From IMG/VR virus record IMGVR_UViG_3300007960_008803, positions 1-52,848 of that record: DNA of 52,848 nucleotides; one strand, written 5' to 3'. Positions 18,415 to 27,994 of this stretch are shown here, piece after piece. The notes beneath the pieces were generated by a model. That model was given only the letters and a program-made list of their open reading frames with translations. It had not been told where the DNA came from and searched no databases. Position numbers and translations under genes: made by a program. Every line of letters begins with the position of its first letter. The stretch's first letter is position 1. Origin of the DNA: a virus (Duplodnaviria > Caudoviricetes).

Positions 18415-19405
18415 TAAAACAGAAGAGTTTTTTAAAAAAGAAGTCGCAGAAGGAACACAAAGACCTGGAATTCTTCATAATGCTTTTAAGGAAAAGATGC
18501 CTACATTTGAAAAAGCAGGTTGCGAGTTTGTCTATCCAGATGTCAATTATGCAGTTGATGGTGGTGGAGATACAAAGATAAATGCTAATATTGTAATAGG
18601 TAGAGATAGGCCATCTCACTTAATGTCAGGATACGGAAAGATTGCCGGCCCTCCATGTGCTTCAATTGATCTTGTTGCCGGAAGAATGTCTGGAGCTAAT
18701 AGGAAAAAAGGAGCAGTTAAGAAATATCTAGATGTGATAGATAGAGATACTGTTGTTGGAAATAATTTTGCCCTAGATGCTTCAAGGATCTATATTTCTC
18801 AAAAATGTGACATTGACCATTACTTTGGACTACCAGAAGGAAAATTTGGAAGACCAAAGGGTGAAGCTGGAATTGGTATTAAATCTGATCATGTAAGAAT
18901 GATTGGAAGAAATTCAGTCAAAATATTTGCAGGAGGATCACAGTTCGAAAACCTAGGTTTAAAAGGAGAACTTGATTCAAATGGAGATAAATTAATTGAC
19001 CCAAGAATTGAATTCATAACAGGAGACGGACAAGATTTACAACCAATTGTTCGAGGCAATAACTTGGTATTCTTACTAGATGAGATTTTGAATCAACTAT
19101 CTTCTTTACAACAAGCTTTTCTTTTGCAAAATAAAAATATGGCAAAACTAAAAACTGTTTTATCAACACATTTTCATGTTGGAGGTGGTGCTGGAGTTGT
19201 GGTTGTTGGACCTGATCCGATTTTAGCTACAGCAGCTTTGTCTGATGTTCCAAAAGATCTTTTAAAAATAACAGATAATATAACAAAATCTTTGAATTTT
19301 GAAATTTTAAAATTAAATTATCTTGGAATCGGAGATCCTGATAATCCAACATTAAGGTTGAAAACAAGAAAAAACATACTTAGCAGAACAGTACATTCAT
19401 CATAA
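18398..19405 (+). CDS. Putative baseplate central spike protein (gp5/gpV-like C-terminal part)
   Basis: Beta-strand repeats (IVIGRDR, SIDLVAGR, RIYISQ, IGIKSDHVRMIGRNSVKI), QPIVRGNNL, HxH motif THFH. Start at ATG 18398 behind AAGGAGGT. Confidence 0.55.
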   Translation: MARIYNKTEEFFKKEVAEGTQRPGILHNAFKEKMPTFEKAGCEFVYPDVNYAVDGGGDTKINANIVIGRDRPSHLMSGYGKIAGPPCASIDLVAGRMSGANRKKGAVKKYLDVIDRDTVVGNNFALDASRIYISQKCDIDHYFGLPEGKFGRPKGEAGIGIKSDHVRMIGRNSVKIFAGGSQFENLGLKGELDSNGDKLIDPRIEFITGDGQDLQPIVRGNNLVFLLDEILNQLSSLQQAFLLQNKNMAKLKTVLSTHFHVGGGAGVVVVGPDPILATAALSDVPKDLLKITDNITKSLNFEILKLNYLGIGDPDNPTLRLKTRKNILSRTVHSS

Positions 19406-19414
19406 GGAAAAACA

Positions 19415-22400
19415 ATGGCAGAACAAGGATTACCATTAACAACTACGGTCACTCAGGTGGTTACAGCTTTGGAACAATATGTAGACATTGGAAAAAACTC
19501 TGGCAGCCCAGATGATTTTATTAGAATTTATATTAAACCTCGTCAAGGTACTAGTTCACAAAATCACTTTTCTGATCAAGACGGTGATGGCTTAATAGAT
19601 GGTTTAGATGGAGCTCCAACGGGCTACGATGATACGCCACTTTATGTTAAGATAAGGTTTGTAAAGAGAGGAAGAAATGAAATAAAAATAGAACATTTTT
19701 ATGAATCAACAGACTTTACGTATAATACTTTAGTTATTGTAGTAAAATTTGATGGTGGAACTTCCGGAACTAATTATTCTCAATTAATGAGAAGAATAGA
19801 AGACTATTCAGCAGCTGAGTTTGTAAACGGAGGACAAAATTTCTATTTTCATTGTACAATATTTGGAAACAATCAATCTTTATTACCTTATAATAATAGT
19901 GTTGGAAATGGTAATCCAATGTTTGAAAATGATTTTCAAATTAAAACCTATGAAATAACAGAAGAGTTAACAACAACAACTGTGGACGATTCTTATTATA
20001 CAGCAGAGGCAAACACCCAATCGTACACAGAGCCTGTTATCTCTTATTCTATAGAAGATCCGGATGGTGTTTCATCAACATTCGCAGATCTTCAAAAAGA
20101 TATTTGTATCAAAGAACCAGTTGTTGATGAATTTGGATTAAATCAAAATCCTGATCTCAAAAGAATTTGCCCAACTTGTATCCCTAATCCAGACTTTATT
20201 CCTCCTGATTGGAGATATGAAACAATTTGGTTGAATGAGAAGACATGTAATTGGACTGTTCGAGTAAGATCAGAAGAACTTTTTTCTGAAGTAGCAAATA
20301 ATCCACAATTAAGAGAAAAATATGTAAGAAAAGGAATAGTAGATATTTTAGGATATTTGAACAAACAGATCATCGACCAAGATATATGCTGGAATCCTCC
20401 GGAAAACGCATCAGAATCTTGTGCCCAAAGACTACCTCAATCAATTATCAATCAATACCTTGAAATCTATCAAGTTCCAACAGGAAATGGTGATGGTTCA
20501 ACTTTCACTGTTTATCGTATGAATCCTTCGATTTATGACAATTACCAAATCAGAAACCCAATAGCTTTAGAATTGTTCGGAATGGCGGGAAGAATAAACC
20601 CTTCTTCTACTTCATCTGAAGGTGTTCCTTCGGATAATGCTAAAGCTCATATTGAGATCGTTGTTCCTGCTAATTTGATTAACTTAATACCTCAAGATTA
20701 TCTCGCAGAAGAATCAGAAGACCAACAGCAAGAGTTAGAAAGTGTTGAAGAAGTAACTTTCAGGGGCCCTACAATTAAAAGAACATTTAAAAAAACGTTG
20801 CCAAAGTTATTCAAAACGTATTCTGAATATCAATCATTTTACAAGAAAACAGAAGGCGGACATTTGAGGATTGGTACTGACTTTGATCAAGAAACACCAG
20901 ATACAAAGTTGTATTATTTTATTAAGTACGAAAAGCAATTTAAACAATTTTATTCTGATTTAAAAAACCTCTTAGGAGAAAATAATTATAAACTTTACTC
21001 AGATGAATATGGCTCAAGCGCTTCTTACAAATCAAACTCAAAGTACAGTGGTGGACTCACACAAAAACTAGCTGGTTCTGGTGTAAAATATCGAGAAGCT
21101 GTTGAGGTAAAGATAATATTTGATAAAAGTGATGAGTCTAATCCATTCAAAATAAGATCAGTAAAAGCGAAGTACGCTGGTTGCCCGTTTTACAGATGTG
21201 GTGTTGGTTTGAATGCATTTAAAGAAAAATATAACAATAGACCAACTCTCATGGCTTATGTTTCCAAAGCAAATGAAATGATGAGGGACATTGATAATTC
21301 CAGACAACTACCAGCTTGGAAAGATTTTGGAGTTAAATATACTTCACCGGAATTAACCTTTGTTTCCGGAGACCCTGATGGTAATCCAGACGCAGACAGT
21401 TGTTTGGATCAAAACGAAAGTACTTTTAATGATCTCGTACTAGGAGCTGAATTATCTTTTTCAAAAGCCGTAGAATACGCTTTCAATTCATTAAACTGTA
21501 GAGATTTTGAAAATTATGATAAAGATGAATACAAGAAGATTATGGGAGGACTAAAAAATGGTTCTTTATCACCTGCTATAAACATTTATGCTCAAGAAGA
21601 ACTAGAAGCTTACAACAAAGCCTTACAAATACAAAAAGATTATTGGAAGTTAGCTACTGAGGCAACTTCTCCTATTGCTAAGTTTTATAAATCATTAACA
21701 AATGAACAAACGAGAGATAAAGGATTCTTTGAGAGATTAACTGGAAAAACAATAGAAGAAGCTGTTGCTAATTTAAAAAACAAAAGCTCTCGAGAAGAGT
21801 TTGTTGGAGAACTTATTGAGAAGATAAACCCTTGTAATTGGGAATCTTTAACTTTGGATATAATTAATTGTTTGTTAAAAGGACTAAACCCAGCTGAAGC
21901 TTTACAAACAGCAGTAAAAAGCTTGCTTAACTCTCAAGATCCTCAATCTTGGGAAAAAATATTTATTGGTCTAACACCTGAGCAACAACAAAAAATAAAA
22001 GAAGAAATACAAAACAATTTTGGAAATCTTCCAACACCTTGGGAATTTAAACAACAACAAGAGAAAAAAGGTGTTGTAAAAATAAACGATTATGAAGCCC
22101 AACGGCAACCTCCGCAAAATCCCGGAGACCTAACACAACAAGAAAACGCACAACTTCTTGATTCTTTACAAGATACTGATGATCAAATTTTGCAACTCGA
22201 AGAGCAAATAAGAGAAAATAACAATAAAATTAATTCTTACAGACCCATCATTGGAGATATGTTTATTATTAATTCAAAGCCAATAATAGGTGAATACACA
22301 TCTGAAGATAAAGAAAATGAAAAATCAGAATTTATGTTTTTGAAAAGTATATCTGATAAAGATATTTTTCTATTATTTTACACAGAAGAGGAAATTCCAA

Positions 22401-25400
22401 ATACGGTTATAAAATTTGATGAATTTTACAATTATTTAATTAATGAAGTTTCTATTTTAGAATCAGAAATACTCAACTACAATAATTCAATTTCTCAACT
22501 TAAAATACAAAAATCAAATACTACTAACGATGTAATTCAAGGACTAGAAGACGATAGGTTTAGAAATGACGTAAATGCTTACGAACAAGCTGTTCAAAGA
22601 GTTGCAAAGGTTCTTTTAGAATCTTACACACAAGCATTAATAAATTCTTTTTCAATTGAAGAATTAAGAGAGTTAATTGATAGCATTCCCGGATCTGAGA
22701 TATTTGCCACAGTTGTTGCAACAGCATCTTGCCCTAATACATCATCAATAGACGAGTTTCTAGATGAGGTTGTTGGAGGAATAGAACTAAATCCATGTAT
22801 GGGAAAAAATGCTTGGTATTTTCCTGATATTCCCACTTTACCTGGTTTTGCTTGGCTCGATGTGTTAAAGTTTATGTTAAATAAATTTATCGAAAAGATA
22901 GTGAAATCAATCTTCGCAATATTGACCAAATATCTTCTAAAGACATTGCAAAAGATTTTAGCAAGAGCTTGTGATTTATTATCAGGTGTTGGTAGAACCT
23001 TGTTAGGAAATGACGATACAGGCTTGTTAGACGCCATTGCTGACGCTTTCTGCGAAGGAGATAGATTTACTCCCTTTGGAGAAACTCAAGAGGATTTAGG
23101 AGCAATTTCGGACGCTACAACAACACTTCAAGATTTTGTTTATCGTTACAGCACGCAGAAGATAGATAAAGAACCTGTTGTAGATTGGGCAACAGCTGTA
23201 AGTCAAAACATCAATTCAAGTCAATTTTTGAACATATTTCTTGAAGGGGCTCCTCAAGGCTCTCCTTTGTTTGATTTAATCTGGGAAGCAACACAAGAAA
23301 CCGAAATGTCTAATATTCTAAGAACTGAAGAAGACTTGGAAGAACTAATAAACTTGATAGGCAGTTATCTAGATGAAGACCAAAAAGCTACAATAATGGG
23401 CTTGTTGGAAAATCAATATGAAACATTTAATACATCAGAAGATGGCGATACAACTTATGCAGAGTTTTGTAAAAGATATTTATGCTTAGAAACAGACACT
23501 GGTTTTACTCCCGGTACTGATCCTGGTGTTGCCATTGGTTTTGATTTAGAAGATTTATTTGATTCATTTTTAAATGGACCCGATAGTGAATTTGAAGAAG
23601 AGTTTAGTAAAATATCACTAGATCCCGGTGGTGATCCTTTCTGTGATGATTTAAACGATCCAGACGACCCAATGGAAATAGAAGGGTCTTCATTGATGTC
23701 ACAATTACCACCAGAACTTAAAGACTTTCAAAAAGAATTAGCTGACTCTGTATTTGCTGATTTAGAATCGGCATACATCTCAGATACAATTGAGGGAAGA
23801 AATTCGTTTTTTAATAATGTCTTGGCTGATCAAGATAATGTACCATTAGTTAGAGGAACTATTTCATCACATGAAGCAAGAGTTGAGAGAAAGATATTGT
23901 TCCCGAATGCAGCCAACACAGTTGAAGACCATCAAGACAAGTACGATGATGCAAAAAATTTTCTAAGAAGAATAATGCATTTATTTGATTTTAAAAATGA
24001 AGATGGTGGAGTTAGAACTAGTAAGGCTGATGGTGATTACCCAACACCAACAAACTTATTCCCATCGACCGTTGGAGCTTGGTTGAGAAAACAAAGTTCA
24101 AATTTTGTCTTTAACGCTGATTACAAAACAAGAATTTATCTAGAAGAAGAAACATCAAGAATAGTTTCTAAAAAAGAATGGAAAAGACTTGGATTTACCA
24201 GTAATAATATTGAATCTTTCAAAAGATTTAAACAAAAACCTGATTTAAGGTTATCTTATCGGGATAGAAATGGTGGAGATCACTTTACTTGGGGATTTGA
24301 CTTAAATTACAATTCAGTATATCTGGAAGAAAGAAACGAAGATGAAGCATTTTATAATACATCAATTGCGCCATCATATGAATTAGAGATAAACGAATTT
24401 ACCGCAACCGCTCCTCCATCAGGATTTAAATCAGCACTATTAAAGCTTTTACCATCTGTATTACAAACAACCTATGAGATTGATGAGGAGACACTATTAC
24501 AACTTCAAGTTCCTTTCAATTTGTCTGGATTTGAGGAATTGTACGAAAAATACAAAGAAGACATCCTTGTTGTTAAAATAGATAAAGATTCTTCTGTTGG
24601 AAGAAAAAGTCCTCAAGAAGCAGCATTTATCAATTTTCTATTAGACAATCCTGAAAGAAAAGTGATTATCAATGTTGGTCAACAGTTTAAAGAAGAAGCT
24701 GGCTTGAGTGATAACTTGGCAACTTCTGAGGTCACTTTAGCTTTTGGTAAGTTTAATTCTTTGCCAAATAGACTTTACGGCAAAATGAAAGACATGTTTG
24801 CAAAAAAACTAATTCATGGGATTTATTCTGCTTCTCGAGAAGGAGATTCTAATTCTTTCTTATTTGGATACACAAAGGATTCTGAAATAAATTATCAAGA
24901 TTTATTGTATGTAGACCCAACCGCTGATCCAAAAAACAGTGCAACTTGGAAATATTCTTACCGAGAACAAGACAAAGTATTAGGAAAATCAGCAACAGAA
25001 AATAAGAGAGTTGTGTTCTTAGATCCTGAGGTTTATGGTGGAACTTATAAAAAACCAAAGATTTATATTCATCCTCATCCTTACAAAGGATGGCTTGGTA
25101 TTATGCAAGCATTTAATCCTGAAATGGATGGTTGTTCTCCAAAACGTTCTGGCTGGTTGTTTTTAGGAGAAATTTCTGAGAGAGTTAATAAGCTAGAAAA
25201 CTCTTTGAAAAAAGACAAAAGATTAGAATACGATCCTGATTGTGTTAAAAAAGCACCATATGATTTAATAGCTGATTCTTCAACACACGCATATCTAGAT
25301 GGTATTGTTACTTCGACTATCAGAACTTATATAGTAGAAAATATTTTAAGAACCATACCAACTCTAGGACAATTAAGGTTTAATTCACAAAACTTTGATA

Positions 25401-27517
25401 CAGGTATGGGCCTATTTCTGATTAATAGGATGAAAGAAGAGATGAAAGACTTTCCAAATAATCGATTGTCTGGAAATATTTCCAAGCTGAGATATTGGTA
25501 TCTATTTTTAGAACAAATGGTCCAAACAGTTGAGAGAAGAATTATAACTGGTGAAATCATAAAAGATGAGAAATTAGAAGAATTATTTGCTAAAATACTA
25601 GAAGTAAAAACCTCTTATTATTATCCTTCAAAAAGAGATAGAAAAATATTCAAAAGAATAACTAAAATTGCTTGGAATAGCGACGGTGTAGTAGATTATA
25701 TGCTTTATGATTATGGCCAAGGTGCTGTAAAAACCTTGAGAGAAGGAGATCCATTATATTCAAAATTGTCTAACTTTATTGATGCGATTTCTTTTAATGC
25801 ATTTGGTCCAAGCTTTAGACAAGTGCTTAAAAATATAACTGATTTTAATTTTAAAGTTAGAAAGATAAAATTAAAAGAATTGAGAATGTACACTAAAATT
25901 TATGACATTTACAGAAGTGAAGAAATAGCCACACAGATATCATCTTATTTGGTCTTGAATGAATTTAACTCTTATCAATACAAAATACAAAAATATCTAC
26001 CAGAAGAACCTTATATACAAGATTTGAACAAATTTGTATTAAATCCAAAATCCGGATTAACTATTGGGCCTCCAATAAATGTCGGAACTGTAGATGGAGA
26101 ATATACTGATTCAATTGAGAAAGAATTATATGGAGACGTTGTTTCTGTTGTTGATGATCCAATGACACAGCATCCATTAGAAAACTTATCACCTTTCATG
26201 GATGGAATACAAAAACAAACACTAAAAGTATTTGGTGGATTTTATTTAGAAAAATATGTTATTGTAATTCCAAAGAAAGAAGTAAAAAGTAAAGACTTTC
26301 AGGATCAATTCTCGGATGTAAGTAATAGGCCAATTTCAGTTGAAAAATTTGCTGAGGTTTTTGGCGCTTTCAAACAATCAACTAAATATTCAGAAGAAAC
26401 TGGTGAGCTTTTTATTTCTGACTTGTTTGGAAATGCTGTTAGAGAAGAAGAAGGGTATTCTGGATCAATCGGAATAAGATTTGGAGTTAGACTGAGCTAT
26501 CTACCTCCAGAAGGATTTGATCCAAGATCAGAAGATTTTGATAATGATTACTTTAGAAACATCAGAGGTTTTAGAGGTGTTCATTATTACAAAAATATTC
26601 CTAGTGAATTTGATTCTGAATCTTTTAAATATCCAATACCATTGGTGAATTTTGAAGAAGATATTACTGACTACAAGATAAAAAATGTATCTCAATTTGA
26701 GATTGACAATTTGTTGAAATGTTATATTGATAAACTAGCAGAGAAGCCAGAGTACAAGTTCTTAATGAACTACATTTTTAATGTCAAAGGTTTTGCAACC
26801 ATGTCATCAATTTACAGTTACTATGGTTTTCCTGATTCTATCGGAGAAGATCCGGGAGAAAGACCTGATCCTTCTAGAGAGTCAAATAAAACTTGGATAA
26901 GTTTGATTATGAAGAAAACGAAAATGAAGAATTATGGATTATTTAAAAAATACTATGATGTTCAAAATTTCAACAAAGAAGAGCAAACAGATCCAAAACA
27001 CTCAGATGCTTTTAGAGGAAGAAGTAAACCAACTTTAGATAAAAACCTAAGTGACAATATTAGATGGTGGCAGAGAAAAAGGTTTTATGAACGTCCTTTT
27101 GATGAAGAAGGGAGAGAATGTGCTGATGGAGCATTGGCAGCATTTGATCAAAATCCTGGTAAACCTCCAAGAACAGATCAAAACACCTACAGTACCTCAA
27201 CTGTTGTTGAAGAGGAAAATCCACTAAAGAAAATTGATCCAACTCCACAAGAAGCAGAGAAAGCATTACAAGAGAAATTTATTGATCAAAGTCAAAACAT
27301 TGCTTTCACAATACCTAGTTATGATGAAGAGGAAGAACAACAAGAAGAACAAGCAACAGTGGCTTCTCAAACAGAGACTACTATTGCAACAAACTCTGTT
27401 GCTTTTGCAAGTGAAGTTTATCAAGAAGCACAAGAAGAAGAGCCTTTGTTTGGAGAAGAAGATAAAGTAGAAGGAAGTACGATTAATCAATTTAGCAACA
27501 TAACAAAGAATTTGTAG
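19415..27517 (+). CDS. Very large (2700 aa) putative virion protein
   Basis: Lies between spike-like and gp25-like genes; DxDxDGxxDxxD motif, coiled coil, central amphipathic helices, acidic tail. No family recognised. Confidence 0.7.
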   Translation: MAEQGLPLTTTVTQVVTALEQYVDIGKNSGSPDDFIRIYIKPRQGTSSQNHFSDQDGDGLIDGLDGAPTGYDDTPLYVKIRFVKRGRNEIKIEHFYESTDFTYNTLVIVVKFDGGTSGTNYSQLMRRIEDYSAAEFVNGGQNFYFHCTIFGNNQSLLPYNNSVGNGNPMFENDFQIKTYEITEELTTTTVDDSYYTAEANTQSYTEPVISYSIEDPDGVSSTFADLQKDICIKEPVVDEFGLNQNPDLKRICPTCIPNPDFIPPDWRYETIWLNEKTCNWTVRVRSEELFSEVANNPQLREKYVRKGIVDILGYLNKQIIDQDICWNPPENASESCAQRLPQSIINQYLEIYQVPTGNGDGSTFTVYRMNPSIYDNYQIRNPIALELFGMAGRINPSSTSSEGVPSDNAKAHIEIVVPANLINLIPQDYLAEESEDQQQELESVEEVTFRGPTIKRTFKKTLPKLFKTYSEYQSFYKKTEGGHLRIGTDFDQETPDTKLYYFIKYEKQFKQFYSDLKNLLGENNYKLYSDEYGSSASYKSNSKYSGGLTQKLAGSGVKYREAVEVKIIFDKSDESNPFKIRSVKAKYAGCPFYRCGVGLNAFKEKYNNRPTLMAYVSKANEMMRDIDNSRQLPAWKDFGVKYTSPELTFVSGDPDGNPDADSCLDQNESTFNDLVLGAELSFSKAVEYAFNSLNCRDFENYDKDEYKKIMGGLKNGSLSPAINIYAQEELEAYNKALQIQKDYWKLATEATSPIAKFYKSLTNEQTRDKGFFERLTGKTIEEAVANLKNKSSREEFVGELIEKINPCNWESLTLDIINCLLKGLNPAEALQTAVKSLLNSQDPQSWEKIFIGLTPEQQQKIKEEIQNNFGNLPTPWEFKQQQEKKGVVKINDYEAQRQPPQNPGDLTQQENAQLLDSLQDTDDQILQLEEQIRENNNKINSYRPIIGDMFIINSKPIIGEYTSEDKENEKSEFMFLKSISDKDIFLLFYTEEEIPNTVIKFDEFYNYLINEVSILESEILNYNNSISQLKIQKSNTTNDVIQGLEDDRFRNDVNAYEQAVQRVAKVLLESYTQALINSFSIEELRELIDSIPGSEIFATVVATASCPNTSSIDEFLDEVVGGIELNPCMGKNAWYFPDIPTLPGFAWLDVLKFMLNKFIEKIVKSIFAILTKYLLKTLQKILARACDLLSGVGRTLLGNDDTGLLDAIADAFCEGDRFTPFGETQEDLGAISDATTTLQDFVYRYSTQKIDKEPVVDWATAVSQNINSSQFLNIFLEGAPQGSPLFDLIWEATQETEMSNILRTEEDLEELINLIGSYLDEDQKATIMGLLENQYETFNTSEDGDTTYAEFCKRYLCLETDTGFTPGTDPGVAIGFDLEDLFDSFLNGPDSEFEEEFSKISLDPGGDPFCDDLNDPDDPMEIEGSSLMSQLPPELKDFQKELADSVFADLESAYISDTIEGRNSFFNNVLADQDNVPLVRGTISSHEARVERKILFPNAANTVEDHQDKYDDAKNFLRRIMHLFDFKNEDGGVRTSKADGDYPTPTNLFPSTVGAWLRKQSSNFVFNADYKTRIYLEEETSRIVSKKEWKRLGFTSNNIESFKRFKQKPDLRLSYRDRNGGDHFTWGFDLNYNSVYLEERNEDEAFYNTSIAPSYELEINEFTATAPPSGFKSALLKLLPSVLQTTYEIDEETLLQLQVPFNLSGFEELYEKYKEDILVVKIDKDSSVGRKSPQEAAFINFLLDNPERKVIINVGQQFKEEAGLSDNLATSEVTLAFGKFNSLPNRLYGKMKDMFAKKLIHGIYSASREGDSNSFLFGYTKDSEINYQDLLYVDPTADPKNSATWKYSYREQDKVLGKSATENKRVVFLDPEVYGGTYKKPKIYIHPHPYKGWLGIMQAFNPEMDGCSPKRSGWLFLGEISERVNKLENSLKKDKRLEYDPDCVKKAPYDLIADSSTHAYLDGIVTSTIRTYIVENILRTIPTLGQLRFNSQNFDTGMGLFLINRMKEEMKDFPNNRLSGNISKLRYWYLFLEQMVQTVERRIITGEIIKDEKLEELFAKILEVKTSYYYPSKRDRKIFKRITKIAWNSDGVVDYMLYDYGQGAVKTLREGDPLYSKLSNFIDAISFNAFGPSFRQVLKNITDFNFKVRKIKLKELRMYTKIYDIYRSEEIATQISSYLVLNEFNSYQYKIQKYLPEEPYIQDLNKFVLNPKSGLTIGPPINVGTVDGEYTDSIEKELYGDVVSVVDDPMTQHPLENLSPFMDGIQKQTLKVFGGFYLEKYVIVIPKKEVKSKDFQDQFSDVSNRPISVEKFAEVFGAFKQSTKYSEETGELFISDLFGNAVREEEGYSGSIGIRFGVRLSYLPPEGFDPRSEDFDNDYFRNIRGFRGVHYYKNIPSEFDSESFKYPIPLVNFEEDITDYKIKNVSQFEIDNLLKCYIDKLAEKPEYKFLMNYIFNVKGFATMSSIYSYYGFPDSIGEDPGERPDPSRESNKTWISLIMKKTKMKNYGLFKKYYDVQNFNKEEQTDPKHSDAFRGRSKPTLDKNLSDNIRWWQRKRFYERPFDEEGRECADGALAAFDQNPGKPPRTDQNTYSTSTVVEEENPLKKIDPTPQEAEKALQEKFIDQSQNIAFTIPSYDEEEEQQEEQATVASQTETTIATNSVAFASEVYQEAQEEEPLFGEEDKVEGSTINQFSNITKNL

Positions 27518-27527
27518 AGGATAATAT

Positions 27528-27950
27528 ATGTCGGTCAAAAATAATTATTTCGGAATATCAGCATTAAGAGATATTACAGTAAAAGTGCCATTGAACATTG
27601 AAGGTAATAATGTAGGCTACGAAACTTTAAACGAAGAAGAAATATCTGAGGTTATAAAGTTCAATTTAAAGTCAATAATTCTAACACATCCCGGAGAGCG
27701 TATGGATACCCGTTTTGGAGTTGGAATAAAGCGTTTTCTATTTGAACAAGCTGGTGATGAGCTTTACCAAACAGTACAATCTACAATATTTAATCAAATA
27801 AGAACATATATGCCTTGGTTGACTAATGTGAACGTTCAGGTTTTTGGAGAAGACAATGAAAGAAAACTATCTGTAGCAATAAAATACAAGTTGAATAGTC
27901 CCGAGATTGTGGATTATTTTGAACTTTCTCTTTCAATTGATGAATTATAA
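27528..27950 (+). CDS. Baseplate wedge protein, T4 gp25/P2 gpW-like
   Basis: IKFNLKSIILTHPGER.DTRFGVGIKRFLFE...I..YMP signature. Confidence 0.88.
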   Translation: MSVKNNYFGISALRDITVKVPLNIEGNNVGYETLNEEEISEVIKFNLKSIILTHPGERMDTRFGVGIKRFLFEQAGDELYQTVQSTIFNQIRTYMPWLTNVNVQVFGEDNERKLSVAIKYKLNSPEIVDYFELSLSIDEL

Positions 27951-27969
27951 AAATTTTATTGCCTTAATC

Positions 27970-27977
27970 CTATTTAT
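27970..27977 (+). promoter_or_regulatory. Candidate late-promoter motif CTATTTAT
   Basis: Intergenic CTATTTATTAT followed by GAGG RBS and ATG 27995. Confidence 0.5.
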
Positions 27978-27994
27978 TATCAGAGGATTGACAG

